Source: a bacterium (GTDB lineage: Bacteria > Pseudomonadota > Gammaproteobacteria > Nevskiales > OUC007). From it: a stretch of 64,000 bases of DNA. The stretch lies in NCBI GenBank assembly GCA_018222345.1, contig JAAFAL010000003.1, positions 593-64,592 of the forward strand, read 5' to 3'. How positions within the stretch are numbered: position 1 is the first letter of the stretch; every line of letters begins with the position of its first letter. The notes under the pieces are model-generated. The model ran no database searches. It saw only the letters and a list, made by a program, of their open reading frames with translations, and was not told where the DNA came from. A program made the position numbers and the translations under genes. Shown piece by piece: positions 60,201-64,000 of this stretch.

Positions 60201-60562
60201 TTGAAGGCGTCGATGGTCGTCGCGCGAATGCGAGTGGGGTTGCCCAGCAGGCCCCAGCCCTGGGCCTTGTCGCGTGCCAGCACGGCCGCTGCGTCGGCGT
60301 GTAGGCCAAGCAGCCAGGCTTCGTCGGGTGGCGCACCTTGGGCCAGCTCCAGCGCTTGGCGCACGCGGTGACGAATCTCGGCGGCGGCTTTGCGGGTAAA
60401 GGTGATGCAGACCACTTGCTCGGGCTGCTCGCAAGCGGCCAGCGCACGCAATGCGCGGCGCACCAGCAGGCCGGTTTTACCCGAGCCGGCCGGCGCCACG
60501 GCCAGCACGTGCTTGGACAAGTCCAGCGCCGCGTCGCGCTGTGTTTGGTCAACAACGGTCAC
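57245..60562 (-). CDS. addA: UvrD-type helicase / PD-(D/E)XK nuclease, AddA-like
   Basis: Walker A APAGSGKTG. UvrD motifs LLVDEMQDTS and TIHKSKGLEYDHV. C-terminal nuclease motif VLWVIDYKT. GTG start in a GTGA overlap with the upstream gene. Confidence 0.8.
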   Translation of the reverse strand: MTVVDQTQRDAALDLSKHVLAVAPAGSGKTGLLVRRALRALAACEQPEQVVCITFTRKAAAEIRHRVRQALELAQGAPPDEAWLLGLHADAAAVLARDKAQGWGLLGNPTRIRATTIDAFNQRLASQLPLLSGLGGSVKQLEQPQAHYQQAVLAAFGQLDERDLDDADRAALLNVLRWAGNKLDGLIPALSGLLASREQWLGRGGDADAVLQALVAHHIARLDALISPDERAVIVPALQAASGLADAMAWAADLQGWPAATADAHAHWQGIATALSSQSGLRARVTKNEGFSDDNPHKPPFKALLADLRARADAEALSQAVLQVRTLPGPDWPADYAQLRDDLARVLMLVYTELRVGFGQAGEADFPEVAQAAVSAASGQLGPEALRASDADIRHLLVDEMQDTSAAQCQLLEELTQNWQPGDGRSLFLVGDPQQSIYAFRNAQVRLFMHLMGTPPQHADARLGALPLTVVHLRSNFRSGRQLIDWFNSRFARIFPVQDDAWAGVVSAQACVAGPGAADGEAVRLLAVGADEAERAAAEVADLLARIGPGETIGILAASRTYLAPVLAALQARGVADVHALDVQALAQHPAVIDFIHLMRALRQPHDLLAWAVVLRAPWVGLAWADLLALSRGRTQQAWPQRFAAFEAGDVSLSDDGAARLRQVLAALTAAEAMRSDLVECAERVWWTLGAPHTLPPEAREAVRLAADCMRAQLAGGEIKDWADFERALDALYRPPGQGRVEVTTIHKSKGLEYDHVMVVGCGGKPYDGEAPMLYAQAQPAGVLLAPRPAYDDEPGSDIYALAKDLARAGQRNERLRLLYVAATRARQSLTLLGAARWSKKDDAYAPTKNSFMAALEADFAPALADLPPPDAEQDEDSALAYPPQHRVPAAWAPPAADTTWLPSEQRARKPSEASLTPLGDDEAVSDLSADGDLYAQLVGTMVHLALERTAVDGLQAWADGGASRRPAMQNGLLRMGMPPQQVEQAVDRVIELVARTLASEAGQWVLRDWPWWRNEYPLSGWADGAWVSAVIDRCFEDDDGVLWVIDYKTAAYSINEPPDAYAQRLKAKYAEQIAEYVALLALLRPGVEVRGGLLLAETGALVNY

Positions 60563-63237
60563 TGGTCGTCTGCCGCAATCAGCACGGCCAGGTCGTGGCC
60601 TTCGGCCGCGTTGGCATCGACGCCCAACTCGCCCGCCACAAAGCCGGCTGCGGCCTCGCGCAGCCGCGTGTGGGTATCGGCCAGGGCATCGTCAAAGGCC
60701 TCCGGCTGCTTGAGGCCGATGGCGTCGGCATCGCTCAAGCGCCGTGCCCAGTTGGTCGCGGCCAACAATTGCGGGCTGCGCGGATGCACATTCGCAAACG
60801 CCAGGCCATCGATGCGCGTGTAACCCGCCGCCGCCATCGCCTCCGGCGTTGCATACAACGGCAGTTGCGGCTCGCTGATCGCGGCATCGAACCACGCCGC
60901 AGGCTTGCGGCCAGCGCCGGTTTTGTAATCGACAACCAGCACTTTCTGCGCGCCGTCAACATCGACCAGATCAATGCGGTCCAGGCGGACATCCAGCGGC
61001 AAGCGCTCGAAGGTGAACGTAACTTTGGCCTCTTGCGCGGCCACCGTAAACGGCGCCTGGCGGTGGCGCTCATGGCGCAACCAGCGCAGCAGCACGTCGT
61101 GCAAACGGGCCTGCTCGCTGCGCAGCAGGGCACGCGGGTAGCGGTGGGCATCAATGGCGTCGTCCAGTGCGGCTTCCAGCAGCGCCGCGACTTGATCACG
61201 CAGTTCAGTGTCGCTACGGCTAGCGTGCGCCTCACTGCTGCTGCACTGCGCCCAGTACTGCTCCAAGACCGCGTGCACAACAATGCCCTGCTCCATCGGG
61301 CTCAGCCCGCTGCGCACGGATTCCAGACTGCTGACTCCCAAACGATGAGCGGCGAATGCCAACAGCGGCGAGCGCGCATAGGTGGAGAAAATGCGCGTAC
61401 CTCCACGCACGCCCTCACGGCTGGCATCGGTGATAGGCGGCGCGGGCTGCTCCTCCACGGCATCCAGTGGCGCAGTGGCGACAGCGGGCTCTGCAGACGC
61501 GGTTTGCGCCCAGTCCAGGCCATCAGGCCACACCGGCGCAGGCGCGCAAACACTGCCGCTGGCATCAACGCTACAGAGCAGCAAGTGGGCAGACTGCGCA
61601 CCGCACAGCAACGCGCTGGCAGTTTGCTCCGCTGCCGTGGCGGCAGCAACCGGTGAAGCGCCCGGCACGCCACCGTCGCGCAGCACGCCGCTGGCAATCA
61701 AGCCTTGGCGCAGGGGCGGCTGCGGCCAAGTGGCATCGTCAACATCCAGCACAATACGCACATCGGCTGGCAGCGCCGCGGCCTCGTCGTGTGTGGTGAT
61801 GGTGATGGGCTGCACATGCTCCACCCGCGGCGCCCAGGGCCGGCCGGCCAATAATTCGTCCAACCAACCCAGCGCGGCGCCCTGGCCAATCTCGCCAAGT
61901 TGCGGATCCAGGCCCGCCATGCTGGTCAGGTTTTCGCGCAGCAAGCGCGCCGCCTGAAACCCGGCCGATCCACGCGCCTGCGCGCCCGGCCAGCCGATAG
62001 CGGTGAGGCAGGCCAGCCAATGTGAGGCCCACGCTGATGGCGTTGCACGCCGCGGCCGCTCACGCACGGCCGCCTCCCACGCCAGCATGCGCTGGCCCAA
62101 GGTTTCTGGCTCCCAGCGCACACAATCGGCCAGATGCGTGAGCGGCTGCGCGCGGCTGCGCAGGGCGGCTTCCAACTCGGCGGCCGCGAGGCGGTCAGCG
62201 CCCTGCCACAAGGCGCCGCATAACAGCACACGCGACACGGTGTTGAAGTCGTTGCGCCAAGTTTCAACGGTGACAATGGCCCGCGCTGCGGCAACCAGGC
62301 TGTGCTCACCAAAGGCTGGCGCCGGTTCGACCCGCCACGGCTTAGCGGTGTGGCCGCTGCGCAAGTCATGCCGCCATGGCGCCACACGGGGGGCGAACTC
62401 ACTGTCGATCAAGGCCGCCTGTGCAGCGGGGTCGGCGCAGGCGATGACGATGTCGGGCGCCTCGGAATCTGCAGCCGCCGCCGCGCGCAGTTTGGCTGCC
62501 ACCGCATCACCCAGCCACGCCCACTGCGCGCGCGCGTCGGTGCAACGGTGTGCGGCCAGTTCTTCCGCGGCAGCCGGCTGTGGGGCAAATTCAATCTGCG
62601 TGCCGCGCGCGGCCAGTGCATCCAATACCGCCTGCTGCGCCGGATCGGGCGGCTGAACAAAACCATATAACGTGATGCTTGCAGGGCGCGGTGCGCCGAG
62701 GTCATCCAGCCGTGCCGACAGCGCGCCCGGGAGTTGCGCCGAGGTCAACCAGTGCTCGCGCTGCAAAACGCTTTGCGCTTGCGCATGCCAGCGCTGGAAT
62801 GCCGCGTGCTCCGGTGTCCAGGCTGGCGCGTTTGCAATGTCGATGTTGTAGCGCGCCACCCAATGCGCTGCCGTGCGCGCTTGCCGGGCCAGACCGCGGC
62901 GCGAGATCAGCGCCTCGGTCTCGGGGTCGTCCTCGACGATTTTTTGCCATAGCGCGAGGTGCTGCGCGGCGCTGAGCAAGCGCTCGTCGGGCCAAGTGGC
63001 CGCCCAGCTTTGGCTGATCCAGCTATCGAGGTCGGCAACCCGCGGCGCTGCCCAGGCGCGATGGCCAGCAGCGCGCTGGGCAACCGCATGGCGCATGCGC
63101 AACTGCCGCGCCAACGCTGGTGTGGCGCACAAGTCCCAGTGCTCGGCATTCATGGGCACAGCGTGCCGGGTTGCGACCGGCACCGCAATGCGGGCAGGCA
63201 TCAAACATCGGTTGCCATAAGCTGGCAGCAGAGACAT
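60559..63237 (-). CDS. addB: PD-(D/E)XK nuclease family protein, AddB-like
   Basis: No Walker A. C-terminal motif RLDRIDLVDVDGAQKVLVVDYKTG. Sits immediately upstream of and coupled to addA. Alternative start at ATG 63153 (MNAEHWDL...). Confidence 0.7.
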   Translation of the reverse strand: MSLLPAYGNRCLMPARIAVPVATRHAVPMNAEHWDLCATPALARQLRMRHAVAQRAAGHRAWAAPRVADLDSWISQSWAATWPDERLLSAAQHLALWQKIVEDDPETEALISRRGLARQARTAAHWVARYNIDIANAPAWTPEHAAFQRWHAQAQSVLQREHWLTSAQLPGALSARLDDLGAPRPASITLYGFVQPPDPAQQAVLDALAARGTQIEFAPQPAAAEELAAHRCTDARAQWAWLGDAVAAKLRAAAAADSEAPDIVIACADPAAQAALIDSEFAPRVAPWRHDLRSGHTAKPWRVEPAPAFGEHSLVAAARAIVTVETWRNDFNTVSRVLLCGALWQGADRLAAAELEAALRSRAQPLTHLADCVRWEPETLGQRMLAWEAAVRERPRRATPSAWASHWLACLTAIGWPGAQARGSAGFQAARLLRENLTSMAGLDPQLGEIGQGAALGWLDELLAGRPWAPRVEHVQPITITTHDEAAALPADVRIVLDVDDATWPQPPLRQGLIASGVLRDGGVPGASPVAAATAAEQTASALLCGAQSAHLLLCSVDASGSVCAPAPVWPDGLDWAQTASAEPAVATAPLDAVEEQPAPPITDASREGVRGGTRIFSTYARSPLLAFAAHRLGVSSLESVRSGLSPMEQGIVVHAVLEQYWAQCSSSEAHASRSDTELRDQVAALLEAALDDAIDAHRYPRALLRSEQARLHDVLLRWLRHERHRQAPFTVAAQEAKVTFTFERLPLDVRLDRIDLVDVDGAQKVLVVDYKTGAGRKPAAWFDAAISEPQLPLYATPEAMAAAGYTRIDGLAFANVHPRSPQLLAATNWARRLSDADAIGLKQPEAFDDALADTHTRLREAAAGFVAGELGVDANAAEGHDLAVLIAADDQ

Positions 63238-63343
63238 CCTTGATCGCTCGCTCTAACCGTCCATGGACTCCCTGTCCCTGAGCAAGCCCGCGCATGATTG
63301 CAGACCGTGAAGTAAAAATAAACTGGCCATTGGACGCCGCCTC

Positions 63344-63781
63344 ATGCGCGCATTGATCCAACGCGTGAGCCGCGCCAGTGTCGCGGTCAACGGTTTGGAA
63401 ATTGCCGCCATCGACCAAGGCTTGCTGGCACTGGTTGCGGTGCAACCGGGCGACACCGACAGCACGGCGCAGCGCATGGCCGAGCGCTTGTGCAAATACC
63501 GCGTGTTTGCCGATGCCAACGGCAAAATGAACGCCAGCTTGCTGGACACTGGCGGCAGCTTGTTGGTCGTTTCGCAGTTCACCTTGGCCGCCAACACCAG
63601 CAAAGGCCTGCGCCCCAGCTTTGCCGCAGCCGCCCCGCCCGATACGGCTGCGCAATGTTTTGATCAGGTGGTAACGGCAGCGCGCGCGATGACAGCCAAT
63701 GTGCAAACCGGCCGCTTCGGCGCCGATATGCAAGTGGCGCTGGTCAACGATGGGCCGGTGACGTTCCTACTCGAGGTCTGA
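63344..63781 (+). CDS. dtd: D-aminoacyl-tRNA deacylase
   Basis: MRALIQRVSRASV..., VSQFTLAA and NDGPVTF. 145 aa. Confidence 0.92.
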   Translation: MRALIQRVSRASVAVNGLEIAAIDQGLLALVAVQPGDTDSTAQRMAERLCKYRVFADANGKMNASLLDTGGSLLVVSQFTLAANTSKGLRPSFAAAAPPDTAAQCFDQVVTAARAMTANVQTGRFGADMQVALVNDGPVTFLLEV

Positions 63782-64000
63782 CAGCTTGCGGCGCTCGGCC
63801 GCAAAGGCATCGCGCTCGTCATCATCTGAATCGTCGTCTTCCGCGCGTTGTGTCGTGCGCGCCAAAACGCGGCGCACGCTCAGTGCACTGGCAATCTCGG
63901 AAAACTTGATCGAATGGACGCGCCGGTGGCCGATGGCAGACATCTGGTAAGTCTCAAAATCGTATTGCCGCAACTGTCGTTTTTTGATCAGCCCAGCAAT
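63767..64000 (-). CDS. C-terminal part of an unidentified protein with an acidic tail (open to the window end)
   Basis: The frame stays open to base 64000 (...IAGLIKKRQLRQYDFETYQMSAIGHRRVHSIKFSEIA...AEDDDSDDDERDAFAAERRKLSDLE). The TTG at 63973 used by the ORF track is probably internal. Family not recognised. Confidence 0.35.
   Translation of the reverse strand: MAGLIKKRQLRQYDFETYQMSAIGHRRVHSIKFSEIASALSVRRVLARTTQRAEDDDSDDDERDAFAAERRKLSDLE

Overview
High-G+C proteobacterial chromosome segment, mostly core genes on both strands. Conserved blocks are proA-holA with divergent coq7. hmgA has a divergent AraC-type regulator. oxyR follows, then hemF-tsaC-topA-smg-dprA-LysM(tsaP-like), divergent from def-fmt-rsmB-trkA-trkH-TPR-thrB. 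That arrangement looks gammaproteobacterial; the taxon is inference only. The window ends with an addB/addA-type nuclease-helicase pair and dtd. A three-gene signalling operon (REC-GGDEF-EAL, multi-PAS histidine kinase, single-domain REC) is also present. Between these blocks sit about a dozen predicted lipoproteins or secreted proteins. They include two paralogous alpha/beta hydrolases, a 750-aa hydrolase-like lipoprotein, an HExxH metalloprotease, an S8 subtilase and a BNR/Asp-box protein. Two intact tRNAs are present (Met-CAU, Arg-CCG), and each is followed by partial copies of its own 3' end. The tRNA-Met locus carries a decayed islet of about 4.6 kb. It holds a coupled two-gene operon of unknown function, a katG remnant, an SRAP remnant, a lower-G+C orphan gene and a degenerate tRNA-Val-like sequence. 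I saw no rRNA, CRISPR array, integrase, transposase or recognisable defence system. The most interesting candidates are listed here. (1) The adjacent S8 protease and BNR protein share an N-terminal module, a Cys-bracketed C-terminal module and a GlyGly-CTERM-like tail. (2) The tRNA-Met islet carries an uncharacterised coupled gene pair. (3) A metalloprotease has a translationally coupled small secreted partner. (4) A 12-TM membrane protein is paired with a small periplasmic protein. All family calls come from motif recognition by eye. No search was run.
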